DNA of 64,000 bases from Candidatus Omnitrophota bacterium (GTDB lineage Bacteria > Omnitrophota > Gorgyraeia > Pluralincolimonadales > Pluralincolimonadaceae): positions 72,307 through 136,306 of the forward strand of contig PLNR01000009.1 in assembly GCA_003141835.1 (NCBI GenBank), in the 5' to 3' direction. Positions 19,859-28,234 of this stretch are shown in pieces (position 1 is the first letter of the stretch; the number at the start of each line of letters is the position of its first letter). The notes below the pieces were generated by a model. The model did no database searches. It saw only the letters and a program-made list of their open reading frames with translations, and was not told the DNA's origin. The translations under genes and the position numbers were made by a program.

Positions 19859-20051
19859 CCGCAAATTCATTGCTCGGAAAACGAGGGTCTTTTGCCCCTC
19901 ATCGCCTGGAAAGACTCGAGCGGGCACGGATCGCCCGCTTATAATATCCTGCGAGAGCGAGAGGATTTCAAGCGGCGCGGGCCTCGCAGGGGCCCGCAAG
20001 CGCGCGATGAGGGGAAAAGAACCCGAGTTTTAGACCGCTGTGAATTTGCGG
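19859..20051 (-). mobile_element. MITE-like 193-bp GC-rich structured repeat with 11-bp terminal inverted repeats (CCGCAAATTCA...TGAATTTGCGG), copy A.
   Basis: About 90% identical to 55677-55867 in the opposite orientation. It fills most of the mfd-argS intergenic region. There is an internal long-range stem CCCCTCATCGC/GCGATGAGGGG and nested hairpins. Confidence 0.7.
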
Positions 20052-20066
20052 CCGGCACTGCGAAAG

Positions 20067-21728
20067 CTACATCTTTGCGGGACAGGAGACTCCGAGCAGG
20101 GTCAGGCCGTTGGCGAGTGTCTGCTTGACGCATGAGACCAGGTACAGCCTCGCGCGGCTGAGTTCCGCGTCGTCAGAGATAACCTTGTTCGCCTCGTAGA
20201 ATTTATGGAAACACGCAGCCAGTTCCTGCAGGTATGTTATTATCCTGTAAGGGTCGAGCTCCTGCGCGGCAAGTTTCACCGACGGCGGGAACTGCCTCAA
20301 TTCCTTGAATAAACTCAATTCCTCAGGCGCGCCGAGCAGCTCGAGGTCCGCGCCGGCGATATCATTATCCGGTAATTTCGACAAGGCAAGTATGCTGCAT
20401 ATCCTCGCGTGGGCGTACTGGACATAATAGACCGGGTTCTCCGGCGTCTGTTTCTTCGCAAGCTCCAGGTCGAAATCGAGGTGCGCATTGGCCTTCCTCA
20501 TCAGGAAGAAGAACCGCGCCGCGTCCTTGCCGACCTCATCGAGGACTTCGCGCAGGGTTATGTACTCGCCGGCCCGCGTGGACATCTTGACCGGCTGGCC
20601 GTTCTTATATAACGTCGCCAGCTGGATTATTATTATCGATACGGCGTCGGCCGGATAGCCTAGCGCCTGGACCGCGGCCTTTATCCTGTTTATATATCCG
20701 TGGTGGTCCGGCCCGAGTATGTCGATGACGCGCGAGAAGCCGCGTTCGAATTTATCCTTGTGATAGGCGATGTCCGGCGTCACGTACGTGTATGTGCCGT
20801 CGCTCTTTTTCAAGACCCTGTCCTTGTCGTCGCCGAACTGCGTGGACTTGAACCAGAGCGCGCCTTCTGCCTCGTACAATAATCCCTTATCCTTAAGGAG
20901 GCCGAGCGTCTTCTCTATCTTGCCTGACGCGCCCAGCGCCTTCTGGCTGAACCAGACGTCGAATTTCACGCCGAAATCCAGGAGCTCTTGTCTAATTTCT
21001 TTCAAGAGGTAATGACAACCCCAGACCGAGAATACCTTGAGGTCTTCAGCCGACCCGGCCTTGTATTTGTCACCGTGCTCCTTGCGGAACTCCTCGGCCA
21101 TCTCCTTAATATACTCGCCTTTATAGCCGTTCTCCGGGAACTCATACTGGTCGCCGATCTCCTGCCTGTACCTGGCGTATATAGACTGGCCGAGTATCGT
21201 TATCTGGACGCCTTCGTCGTTTATGTAATATTCGCGGGTCACATCGAAACCGTTGGCCTTGATTATATTGGCGAGTGAGTCGCCGAACGCGGCCTGGCGC
21301 GCGTGCGCGACGCTCAGCGTGCCGGTAGGGTTCGCACTGACGAACTCGACCTGTATCTTCTTTCCCTTCCCGGAATCGTTATGGCCGAACTTCTCTTTCC
21401 CGGACCTTATATCCTTGAGCACCTGGCGCAGCGCACCGGCAGAAAGCCTGATATTTATAAAACCGTTGAGCGGCTCTACGGCATCGATGGTGCTTTTGAG
21501 CGGTGAGGACGCGAGGGCGCCGGTGAGCGCCTTGGCTATCTCCTTGGCCAGCTCGGCCGGATTTATCTTCAGCGGCTTTGCCAGCCTGAAGGCAATATTC
21601 GTCGAGATGTCGCCGTGGGAGGGATCCCTGGGGTTCTCGAGAAAAAGGAAATCAGCGGAGTAAAGGCCCTTAAGCCTTTCCAACCCGCTTAAATTCCTGT
21701 CTATAAATCCGAGTATTTGTTTTTCCAT
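20067..21728 (-). CDS. argS: Arginine--tRNA ligase.
   Basis: SANPTGTLSVAHARQAAFGD (HIGH-like) and KMSTRAGE (KMSK). The likely start is the ATG at 21728 (MEKQILGFIDRNL), downstream of a hairpin. Confidence 0.9.
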   Translation of the reverse strand: MEKQILGFIDRNLSGLERLKGLYSADFLFLENPRDPSHGDISTNIAFRLAKPLKINPAELAKEIAKALTGALASSPLKSTIDAVEPLNGFINIRLSAGALRQVLKDIRSGKEKFGHNDSGKGKKIQVEFVSANPTGTLSVAHARQAAFGDSLANIIKANGFDVTREYYINDEGVQITILGQSIYARYRQEIGDQYEFPENGYKGEYIKEMAEEFRKEHGDKYKAGSAEDLKVFSVWGCHYLLKEIRQELLDFGVKFDVWFSQKALGASGKIEKTLGLLKDKGLLYEAEGALWFKSTQFGDDKDRVLKKSDGTYTYVTPDIAYHKDKFERGFSRVIDILGPDHHGYINRIKAAVQALGYPADAVSIIIIQLATLYKNGQPVKMSTRAGEYITLREVLDEVGKDAARFFFLMRKANAHLDFDLELAKKQTPENPVYYVQYAHARICSILALSKLPDNDIAGADLELLGAPEELSLFKELRQFPPSVKLAAQELDPYRIITYLQELAACFHKFYEANKVISDDAELSRARLYLVSCVKQTLANGLTLLGVSCPAKM

Positions 21729-21748
21729 CTTACCTGTTAAATATAATG

Positions 21749-21770
21749 CCACCCGCATTGACGCGGGTGG
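21749..21770 (-). terminator. Putative intrinsic terminator hairpin between rsfS and argS.
   Basis: CCACCCGC-attgac-GCGGGTGG is a perfect 8-bp stem. On the minus strand it is followed by CAUUAUAUUU. Confidence 0.45.
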
Positions 21771-21789
21771 CATTAATGTGAACTATCGC

Positions 21790-22050
21790 TTAGCTGAGTT
21801 TTTCCTGAGGCACATCGCCCCAAAGACTCTCCAGGTCGTAGAATTTCCGGGCTTCGGGTTCGAATATATGCACGACGCAATTGCCGAAATCCAGCAAAAC
21901 CCAATTCGACTCCCTGCCTTCCCTGTGCCAGAGCCTTATCCCTTCTTCCTCCAGCTTCGATTCTATCTCTTCCGATATGGCCTTCGCCTGGCGGATATTG
22001 GCCGCGGTCATCACGATGAAATAATCGCAGAATGCCGAAACCTTACCCAC
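21790..22050 (-). CDS. rsfS: Ribosomal silencing factor RsfS (Iojap).
   Basis: 86 aa. IVMTAANIRQAKAISEEIESKLEEEGI...WVLLDFGNCVVHIF. Confidence 0.9.
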   Translation of the reverse strand: MGKVSAFCDYFIVMTAANIRQAKAISEEIESKLEEEGIRLWHREGRESNWVLLDFGNCVVHIFEPEARKFYDLESLWGDVPQEKLS

Positions 22051-22129
22051 ATCGACTAGGACTATATCCTCGGCCTTCTTCTCTATAGCTGCATCAGCTA
22101 TAAGGACGGCCTTTGATCTGGTATCTATC

Positions 22130-22270
22130 TTACTTTCCTAATATCCTGTACATGCCGGTACCGCAAGCGGGGCATTTGCCCTTCATAGCTTTACGGCCGT
22201 TCTTCATCGTTTCTTCTTTCGCGTCTTTCATTTCCTGTTTTTTCTTGCATTTCACGCAATACCCTTCCAT
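22130..22270 (-). CDS. Small (46 aa) lysine-rich zinc-ribbon protein, DUF5679-like. It is not in the ORF track because it is shorter than 60 aa.
   Basis: The minus-strand ORF MEGYCVKCKKKQEMKDAKEETMKNGRKAMKGKCPACGTGMYRILGK has two CxxC pairs. It is preceded by GGAGG-6nt-ATG and a TTGACA-17-TAGACT promoter. Confidence 0.6.
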   Translation of the reverse strand: MEGYCVKCKKKQEMKDAKEETMKNGRKAMKGKCPACGTGMYRILGK

Positions 22271-22302
22271 AGAACACCTCCTCTTAGGTTTGGAATACGG
22301 TT

Positions 22303-22331
22303 AGTCTACCACACCTCACTGCGCCTGTCAA
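22303..22331 (-). promoter_or_regulatory. Putative sigma70 promoter (TTGACA-17-TAGACT) for the small zinc-ribbon gene.
   Basis: Read directly on the minus strand. The spacing is correct and a GGAGG Shine-Dalgarno lies downstream. Confidence 0.4.
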
Positions 22332-22349
22332 GGCAGACGGCAGGCGGGA

Positions 22350-23360
22350 CTATCCTATCGATTCGTCCATCTCTCCTACAATCTCTTCCAGCAGGTCTTT
22401 AAGGGTCACGAGGCCTACCGCCTGCTTCTTCGCGTCCGTCACTATCGCTATCTGCACCTTCATGTGCTGGAAATCCTTGAGCAGGTCGCTGACCCTTTTG
22501 TTCTTCTGCACAAAATAAGCCTCGCGGACCAGGTCCGGTATTATAACGAGGCCCTTGTTCTGCCAGATATAGAGCAGGTCCCTCGCGTAAATGACACCGA
22601 CGATGTTATCCTGTGAGCCCTTGTAGACCGGGATCCTCGAATGCCCCTCCTCGACGAGGAGGTTGAGCAGGTCCTCGGCCGTCGCCTCGATATCTATCGC
22701 GATCACCTTTTCCTTCGGCACCATCACCTCGCTTACGAGCGTGTCGCCGAACTCGAATATCTTATGGAGCATCTTGCGCTCCTCGTCGCCGAGGACGCCC
22801 TCTTCCTTGCCCAGCTCTATCATGAGCCTTATCTCTTCCTCTGTTATGAGCGGGCCGCGCTTCGTCTCGCCGCCGAATATTTTTATGATACCGTTACCGA
22901 TGGCGTAAAATACCCGGGCGATGGGAGCTAATACGTCAAGGACAAATTTTAGCGGTACGGCTATTTCCATTGATGTCTTTTCCGCGCGCTGGACCGCGAA
23001 GACCTTGGGCACTATCTCGCCGAAGACCACGATCACTGTCGCGCCTACCACGGTCGCGAGCGCCATTCCGATATCCTCGCCGTATATATGGATAAGCACG
23101 AAAGCGATGAGGACCGATATTGCGGTATTTACTATATTATTGCCCACGAGGATGGAGGTGATGAGGCGGTCCGGGTTCGAGAGGAGCGTATAGACCAGTT
23201 TGGCGTTCTTTGAACCCTTATTCATCAGGTTGCGCAGGCGTATCTTGTTCAATGATATGAGCGCCGTCTCGGAGAGCGAGAAGAAAGCCGAGACAATAAG
23301 GAGGATCCCTATCGTTATAAAAAGAGGCCAAAAATGCCCGACTTCCTGGAGCTTTGTCAT
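22350..23360 (-). CDS. CNNM/DUF21 transmembrane domain plus CBS-pair protein (HlyC/CorC-type putative Mg/Co transporter).
   Basis: Four TM helices at the N-terminus, then a CBS pair (LVSEVMVPKEKVIAID...RIPVY). No CorC_HlyC C-terminal domain. Confidence 0.8.
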   Translation of the reverse strand: MTKLQEVGHFWPLFITIGILLIVSAFFSLSETALISLNKIRLRNLMNKGSKNAKLVYTLLSNPDRLITSILVGNNIVNTAISVLIAFVLIHIYGEDIGMALATVVGATVIVVFGEIVPKVFAVQRAEKTSMEIAVPLKFVLDVLAPIARVFYAIGNGIIKIFGGETKRGPLITEEEIRLMIELGKEEGVLGDEERKMLHKIFEFGDTLVSEVMVPKEKVIAIDIEATAEDLLNLLVEEGHSRIPVYKGSQDNIVGVIYARDLLYIWQNKGLVIIPDLVREAYFVQKNKRVSDLLKDFQHMKVQIAIVTDAKKQAVGLVTLKDLLEEIVGEMDESIG

Positions 23361-23367
23361 CTATATC

Positions 23368-23937
23368 CTATCTATAAAGCCTGCGGGCTATTATGTATTC
23401 CCTTACCGGCTCAGGGACAAGATACCTTATCGACTTGCTTTCCGATATCTTCTTCCTTATAAGCGAGGATGATATCTCAAGCGATGTTATCGTGACGACA
23501 TCGATGCCGCTCGGGACGTTAGCTATGTCGTATCCCGGGCGGTTTGCGACTATGAAATGCGAGAGCTTGAATATCTGGTCGATCTCTTTCCATGAATAGA
23601 TCTCGCCCAGCGAATCCGCGCCGGTGATAAAGAATAGCTTCGCCTCCTCGCCGTATTTCTGCTTGAACGCCTTTAACGTCTCCACCGAATAAGACGTCGT
23701 CTTCGAATCTATCTCGAACGATGATACCTCAAAATCCGAATTGCCCCTCAACGCCAGCTCGACCATCTTGAACCTGTCGTTCGGCTCGGCGAGCGCCTCT
23801 TCCTTCTTGTGCGGCGGTATGTAAGCCGGGACAAAAATTACCTTGTCGAGATTGAGCTTCTCCCTCGCCTCTTCGGCAAGGACGAGATGCCCTACGTGGA
23901 TCGGGTTGAAAGTGCCTCCGAGTATGCCTATGCGCAT
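23368..23937 (-). CDS. nadD: Nicotinate-nucleotide adenylyltransferase.
   Basis: MRIGILGGTFNPIHVGHL. 189 aa. Confidence 0.9.
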   Translation of the reverse strand: MRIGILGGTFNPIHVGHLVLAEEAREKLNLDKVIFVPAYIPPHKKEEALAEPNDRFKMVELALRGNSDFEVSSFEIDSKTTSYSVETLKAFKQKYGEEAKLFFITGADSLGEIYSWKEIDQIFKLSHFIVANRPGYDIANVPSGIDVVTITSLEISSSLIRKKISESKSIRYLVPEPVREYIIARRLYR

Positions 23938-23941
23938 GATG

Positions 23942-25201
23942 TCACTCCCTTATCTGTCCGTCGCCGTAGATGATATATTTGTAGCTTGTCAGTTCTTCGA
24001 CGCCAACCGGGCCGCGCGCGTGGAACTTGTCGGTCGAGATGCCTATCTCGGCGCCGAAACCGAACTCTCCGCCGTCGGTAAAGCGCGTCGAGGCGTTTAC
24101 ATAGACCGCAGCCGAATCGACCCTGCGGAGGAACTCGACGGCATTATGGTAGTTCTCGGTCACTATCGCGTCCGAGAGTTTGGTGCTGTATTTGTTTATG
24201 TGTTCGACCGCCTCATGCAGGTCCTTGACGACCTTTATCGAGATTATCAGGTCGAGGTATTCGGTAGACCAATCCTTCTCGGTGGCAGCCTTTATCCCTT
24301 TGACGATCCTCCTGGTCATAGGGCAGCCCCTTATCTCGACGCCGGCCTCTTTATATTTCTTTGCCATCGACGGCAGGAACCTCGCCGCGATATCTTCGCT
24401 CACAAGCAGGGTCTCCATCGCGTTGCAGACCGAAGGCCTCTGGACTTTCGCGTTGAAACAGATCTTCTCGGCCATGTTGAGGTCCGCGTCATCGTCCACA
24501 TAGACGTGGCATATGCCTTTGTAATGCTTGAGGACCGGGATCTTCGAACGCTGCGCGACTTCTTTTATTAAACTCTCTCCGCCTCTCGGGATTATAAGGT
24601 CGACATAATCGCTCAGCGTCAGCAGTATATGCACGGCCTTCCTGTCAGTCGTCTTTATAAGGTTGATGGCGCCGTCAGGGATGCCGTTCGCTTTCGCCGC
24701 GTCATTGAGCGCCTCAAATATCGCGATATTGGAGTTTATCGCCTCGCTGCCGCCGCGCAGTATCGCGCAGTTGCCGGCCTTGAGGCATAATCCTATGCAA
24801 TCTGCCGTGACATTCGGGCGCGATTCATATATGACGCCGATCACGCCGAGCGGCACCCTTAATTTCCCTATCCATAACCCGTTCGGGCGCGTCCACATCT
24901 TAATGACTTCGCCGATAGGGTCGTGCTGGGCCGCGACCTGGCGCAAAGAATCGGCCATAGCCTTTATGCGTTTATCATCCAGCGTGAGCCGGTCGATGAA
25001 GGCGGCGTTAAGTTTTTTAGCCTTTGCGGCTTTCACGTCTTTCTTGTTCGCGGCAATTATGGAGGCTTTATTCCTCTCGAGCCCGTCTGCCATCGCGGTG
25101 AGCGCGCCGTCCTTCACCCTGGACGAAAGCTGGCCCATTATAAACGATGCCTTCTTCGCGCCCCGGGCGATAGCTAATATATCATTCTTCAAGCCGCCCA
25201 T
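23942..25201 (-). CDS. proA: Gamma-glutamyl phosphate reductase.
   Basis: 419 aa aldehyde dehydrogenase fold. It sits directly downstream of proB. Confidence 0.9.
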   Translation of the reverse strand: MGGLKNDILAIARGAKKASFIMGQLSSRVKDGALTAMADGLERNKASIIAANKKDVKAAKAKKLNAAFIDRLTLDDKRIKAMADSLRQVAAQHDPIGEVIKMWTRPNGLWIGKLRVPLGVIGVIYESRPNVTADCIGLCLKAGNCAILRGGSEAINSNIAIFEALNDAAKANGIPDGAINLIKTTDRKAVHILLTLSDYVDLIIPRGGESLIKEVAQRSKIPVLKHYKGICHVYVDDDADLNMAEKICFNAKVQRPSVCNAMETLLVSEDIAARFLPSMAKKYKEAGVEIRGCPMTRRIVKGIKAATEKDWSTEYLDLIISIKVVKDLHEAVEHINKYSTKLSDAIVTENYHNAVEFLRRVDSAAVYVNASTRFTDGGEFGFGAEIGISTDKFHARGPVGVEELTSYKYIIYGDGQIRE

Positions 25202-25999
25202 CTATGGAACACTCCTTTTACGCTTAGGAACAAAAATAGTGCCGACTTTTTCCTTATTCACGATCTTCGTAAGTATCTCTTCGGCCTTGCCGTTGGCGAT
25301 GACCATCGGAATGCCGGCTTCGGTAGCCGTCTTCGCGGCCTTTATCTTCGTAGACATCCCGCCGACGCACGTCTCTTTGTCGGTGCCGCAAGCAAGCTTT
25401 TCTATGCCGGCGTCTATCTCCTCCACCACATCGATGACTTCCTTCTTTTCCATGTGGCAGTAGAGCCCGTCAACGTCGGAAAGTACTATCAGCAAGTCCG
25501 CCTCCAGGAGTTTTGCCACGAGGCTCGCGAGAGTGTCGTTATCGCCGAATTTTATCTCATCGACCGAGACCGTATCGTTCTCGTTGACAATAGGTACGGC
25601 GCCGTATTCGAGGATGGTGTGTATCGTGTTCTTTACGCTCGTATACCTCTTCTTCTCCTCGAGGTCGTCTCGCGTCAATAAAACCTGGGCGACCTTCCGG
25701 CCGTAGCCCTTGAAATATTCGTCATACGCCTTCATAAGCTGGGCCTGGCCTATGGCCGCGGCAGCCTGTAAGTGTTCGAGAGTCTTCGGGCGCGACTTCA
25801 GCCCCAGGAGGTGCATGCCGGCGCCTATAGCGCCGGAGCTTACGAGCACGACCTTTATCCCCTTATCGCACATCTCACAGACCTGCTTTGAAATGCTCTT
25901 AATGGCGCTCTTATCCATGGGCGAGGTCTTAGACGTTAATGTCGATGTCCCGACCTTTACGACCACTAATTTTAAATTCGAAAGGTATTTTTCCCTCAT
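25202..25999 (-). CDS. proB: Glutamate 5-kinase, short form without a PUA domain.
   Basis: VVKVGTSTLT...VLVSSGAIGAG. 265 aa. Confidence 0.9.
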   Translation of the reverse strand: MREKYLSNLKLVVVKVGTSTLTSKTSPMDKSAIKSISKQVCEMCDKGIKVVLVSSGAIGAGMHLLGLKSRPKTLEHLQAAAAIGQAQLMKAYDEYFKGYGRKVAQVLLTRDDLEEKKRYTSVKNTIHTILEYGAVPIVNENDTVSVDEIKFGDNDTLASLVAKLLEADLLIVLSDVDGLYCHMEKKEVIDVVEEIDAGIEKLACGTDKETCVGGMSTKIKAAKTATEAGIPMVIANGKAEEILTKIVNKEKVGTIFVPKRKRSVP

Positions 26000-26964
26000 C
26001 CTATCTCTTCCAGTTTTTTCGCTATCAGGTCCACGAGTTCCTTCGTACCGTCACCGGTCTTTGCCGATATGGGTATTATATCCCTTTTTATTTTTTCTTT
26101 AAACTTTTTTAGGTTCTCTTCCGCCTGCGGAAGGTCCATCTTATTGGCAACCAGGATCTGCGGTTTCTTTTCCGCGCTTGCGCCGTATTGCTTCAGTTCG
26201 TTATTTAAGATCTTATAATCCTCGACCGGGTCCCTGGTGTCTACCCCGGCCATGTCTACGATATGCACCAGCACTTTCGTGCGGTCGATATGCTTAAGGA
26301 ATTTATGGCCGAGCCCCTTGCCTTCATGCGCGCCTTCTATCAGCCCGGGGATATCGGCTATCTTAAAATGGCGGCCGTCCTTATATTCGACTATTCCGAG
26401 TACCGGCTCTAATGTCGTGAACGGGTACGCCGCTATCTTAGGCTTGGCCTTGGAGATGTACGATATGAGCGATGACTTTCCCGCGTTCGGGAAACCGAGG
26501 AGCCCGCAATCGGCTATCAGTTTCAGCTCGAGCGAGAGCAATCTCTCTTCGCCGGGTTCGCCGGGTGTCGCGGGTTTCTTGCAGGCGTTGCCGCGCCCGC
26601 CGTGGCCGCCTTTGACTACGATAAAGCTCTCTCCGGACGAGGTCAGGTCCCTTAAGACGCGGCCTGTATCAAAATCCTTTATGACGGTCCCGCATGGGAC
26701 CTCCATGACGCAGTCCTCCCCCGTCTTTCCGTTCTTATTATTGGATGAGCCGTTCTCGCCTTTGTGGGCTTTGAAGTGCCTGCGGTACTGGAAGTCCAGG
26801 AGGGTGTGTATGTTCTCGTTCGCGCGTATGACGACGTTGCCCCCGTTGCCGCCCGGCCCGCCGTTCATGACCGGGAAACGGGAATACCTGTCCTTATACA
26901 CACTCGAGCAACCGTCGCCGCCGTGGCCTGCTTTGACCTCGATCTTCGCGGTATCTACAAACAC
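25996..26964 (-). CDS. obg: GTPase Obg, Obg fold plus G domain only.
   Basis: MFVDTAKIEVKAGHGGDGC...GGPGGNGGNV glycine-rich Obg fold. GFPNAGKSSL G1 motif. 322 aa. Confidence 0.9.
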   Translation of the reverse strand: MFVDTAKIEVKAGHGGDGCSSVYKDRYSRFPVMNGGPGGNGGNVVIRANENIHTLLDFQYRRHFKAHKGENGSSNNKNGKTGEDCVMEVPCGTVIKDFDTGRVLRDLTSSGESFIVVKGGHGGRGNACKKPATPGEPGEERLLSLELKLIADCGLLGFPNAGKSSLISYISKAKPKIAAYPFTTLEPVLGIVEYKDGRHFKIADIPGLIEGAHEGKGLGHKFLKHIDRTKVLVHIVDMAGVDTRDPVEDYKILNNELKQYGASAEKKPQILVANKMDLPQAEENLKKFKEKIKRDIIPISAKTGDGTKELVDLIAKKLEEIG

Positions 26965-26985
26965 CTTGGCTTTCGGCTTCTTATT

Positions 26986-27225
26986 TTATTGTGGCAGGAT
27001 GCTTACAGTTTTGGACTTGAAAGTTACTATTCCGTCTTTTAAGGCGAAAAGCGTATCGTCTTTGCCCTTGCCGACATTGATGCCCGCTTTGAACGGGGTC
27101 CCGCGCTGCCTTATTATAATGCTTCCGGCTGTGACCTTCTGTCCGCCTGAAGCCTTTAACCCTAACCTCTGGGAATTGCTGTCGCGGCCGTTACGTGTAG
27201 ATCCTTGTCCTTTATGATGAGCCAT
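26986..27225 (-). CDS. rpmA: 50S ribosomal protein L27.
   Basis: [24 protein letters not shown]... Confidence 0.95.
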   Translation of the reverse strand: MAHHKGQGSTRNGRDSNSQRLGLKASGGQKVTAGSIIIRQRGTPFKAGINVGKGKDDTLFALKDGIVTFKSKTVSILPQ

Positions 27226-27234
27226 TGTCTCCTC

Positions 27235-27549
27235 CTAAACCTTTATCTCTTTTATCTTAAGTTTCGTCAACTCCTGGCGGTGGCCCTTCTTCCAGTGCGA
27301 GTCCTTCCGTCTCCTGTACTTATAGGACATCAGCTTCTTGCCCCTGAAGTCGGAAATGACCTCCGCGACCACCTTGGCGTCCTTGAGGTAAGGCCTGCCA
27401 AACTTGACTTCCTTACCGTCGTGGACCATAAGCACTTCTTTTATCGTAACTTCATTGTCTTTTTCGGGATGCGTCAGGCGCTCGACCGTGATGGTGCCGC
27501 CCTTTTCTACCTTATATTGCTTCCCGCCTGTCATTATTACGGCGTACAT
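27235..27549 (-). CDS. rplU: 50S ribosomal protein L21.
   Basis: MYAVIMTGGKQYKVEKGGTITVERL... Confidence 0.95.
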   Translation of the reverse strand: MYAVIMTGGKQYKVEKGGTITVERLTHPEKDNEVTIKEVLMVHDGKEVKFGRPYLKDAKVVAEVISDFRGKKLMSYKYRRRKDSHWKKGHRQELTKLKIKEIKV

Positions 27550-27627
27550 AGAGACACTCCTTCCGTTCGGTTATTTTATTGCTAATCCCCAGACTTAAAT
27601 AAGTGTTGGGGAGGTGAATGTCGTGAA

Positions 27628-27656
27628 ATTATACCTTAAAACGGGGTAAGTGTCAA
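27628..27656 (-). promoter_or_regulatory. Consensus sigma70 promoter (TTGACA-17-TATAAT) for rplU-rpmA. An approximately 85-nt leader contains the hairpin CCCCA-15nt-TGGGG.
   Basis: The minus strand reads TTGACActtaccccgttttaaggTATAAT. A GGAAGGAG Shine-Dalgarno lies before the rplU ATG. Confidence 0.55.
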
Positions 27657-27904
27657 TTGATTTCCCGCTTATAGATGTAGCGAAATCATCCCTCGCCTGC
27701 GCAGTACTTTTTGCGGCAATCTGCAAAAAACACAAGCGTTTAGGCAAGGGAAATAGGCTGCATTACAAGCCGACCAGTCAATCGGTTCGCTCGGGCTGTC
27801 TTCTTTCCTTGTCCCGGGGTATCCCGGGACGTACGGAAAGAATCGCCTCTTCGCTCACCAGATTGCCTGGTCGTCATAGCAAGTTAACAATTCTCCCTCC
27901 CCCT

Positions 27905-28219
27905 TCAGATGTTTATATCAAAATTGGTGCCGCAATAAGGGCAATATTTGAGTTCTGGCGAGACAGAGAAAGATCCACCTGTGTTCATGATAAGATGTCC
28001 AAGGCGGCCGCGACATTTCGGGCAACGAATTCCCAGTAGGGCAAGCGTAAGAGAGATAAAAGCTACCGCGAAACCAATAAGCGAAATAACCGTTAACCAC
28101 ACATGTTTACCTTGGCTAAAGAAACCTAACACAAAGATAGCGAACCCAGAGTACATTAAGATTGTGAGACGGCGTTTATATTGTGCAATCCGGTCACGAA
28201 TAGTCATGTTATTCTCCAT
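27905..28219 (-). CDS. Hypothetical membrane protein with a C-terminal zinc ribbon, AT-rich gene.
   Basis: Two predicted TM helices, then CPKC...CPYC. Its codon usage is visibly AT-rich compared with its neighbours. Confidence 0.55.
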   Translation of the reverse strand: MENNMTIRDRIAQYKRRLTILMYSGFAIFVLGFFSQGKHVWLTVISLIGFAVAFISLTLALLGIRCPKCRGRLGHLIMNTGGSFSVSPELKYCPYCGTNFDINI

Positions 28220-28234
28220 AAATTCGGGGACGTG

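Noticed and set aside
17786-19999. A 97-codon N-terminal extension of mfd in the ORF track ([13 protein letters not shown]...).
   Set aside because: The extension is translated straight through the MITE-like repeat, whose inverted copy at 55.7 kb is intergenic. It shows no similarity to Mfd D1a. A well-placed GGAGA-ATG start exists at 19708.
19741-20066. The two-copy element considered as RNase P RNA, tmRNA, SRP RNA or a tRNA.
   Set aside because: It is present in two inverted copies. It is about 190 bp with TIRs. It has no recognisable RNase P (GGAAAGUCCGG...), tmRNA (tRNA-like ends, CCA) or SRP (GGUGCUGUUUACCAGG-like domain IV) signature.
27810-27829. Perfect palindrome GTCCCGGG-gtat-CCCGGGAC downstream of the AT-rich hypothetical gene, considered as a terminator.
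   Set aside because: There is no U-tract on either strand after the stem. It may be a protein-binding palindrome, but it is not supportable as an intrinsic terminator.
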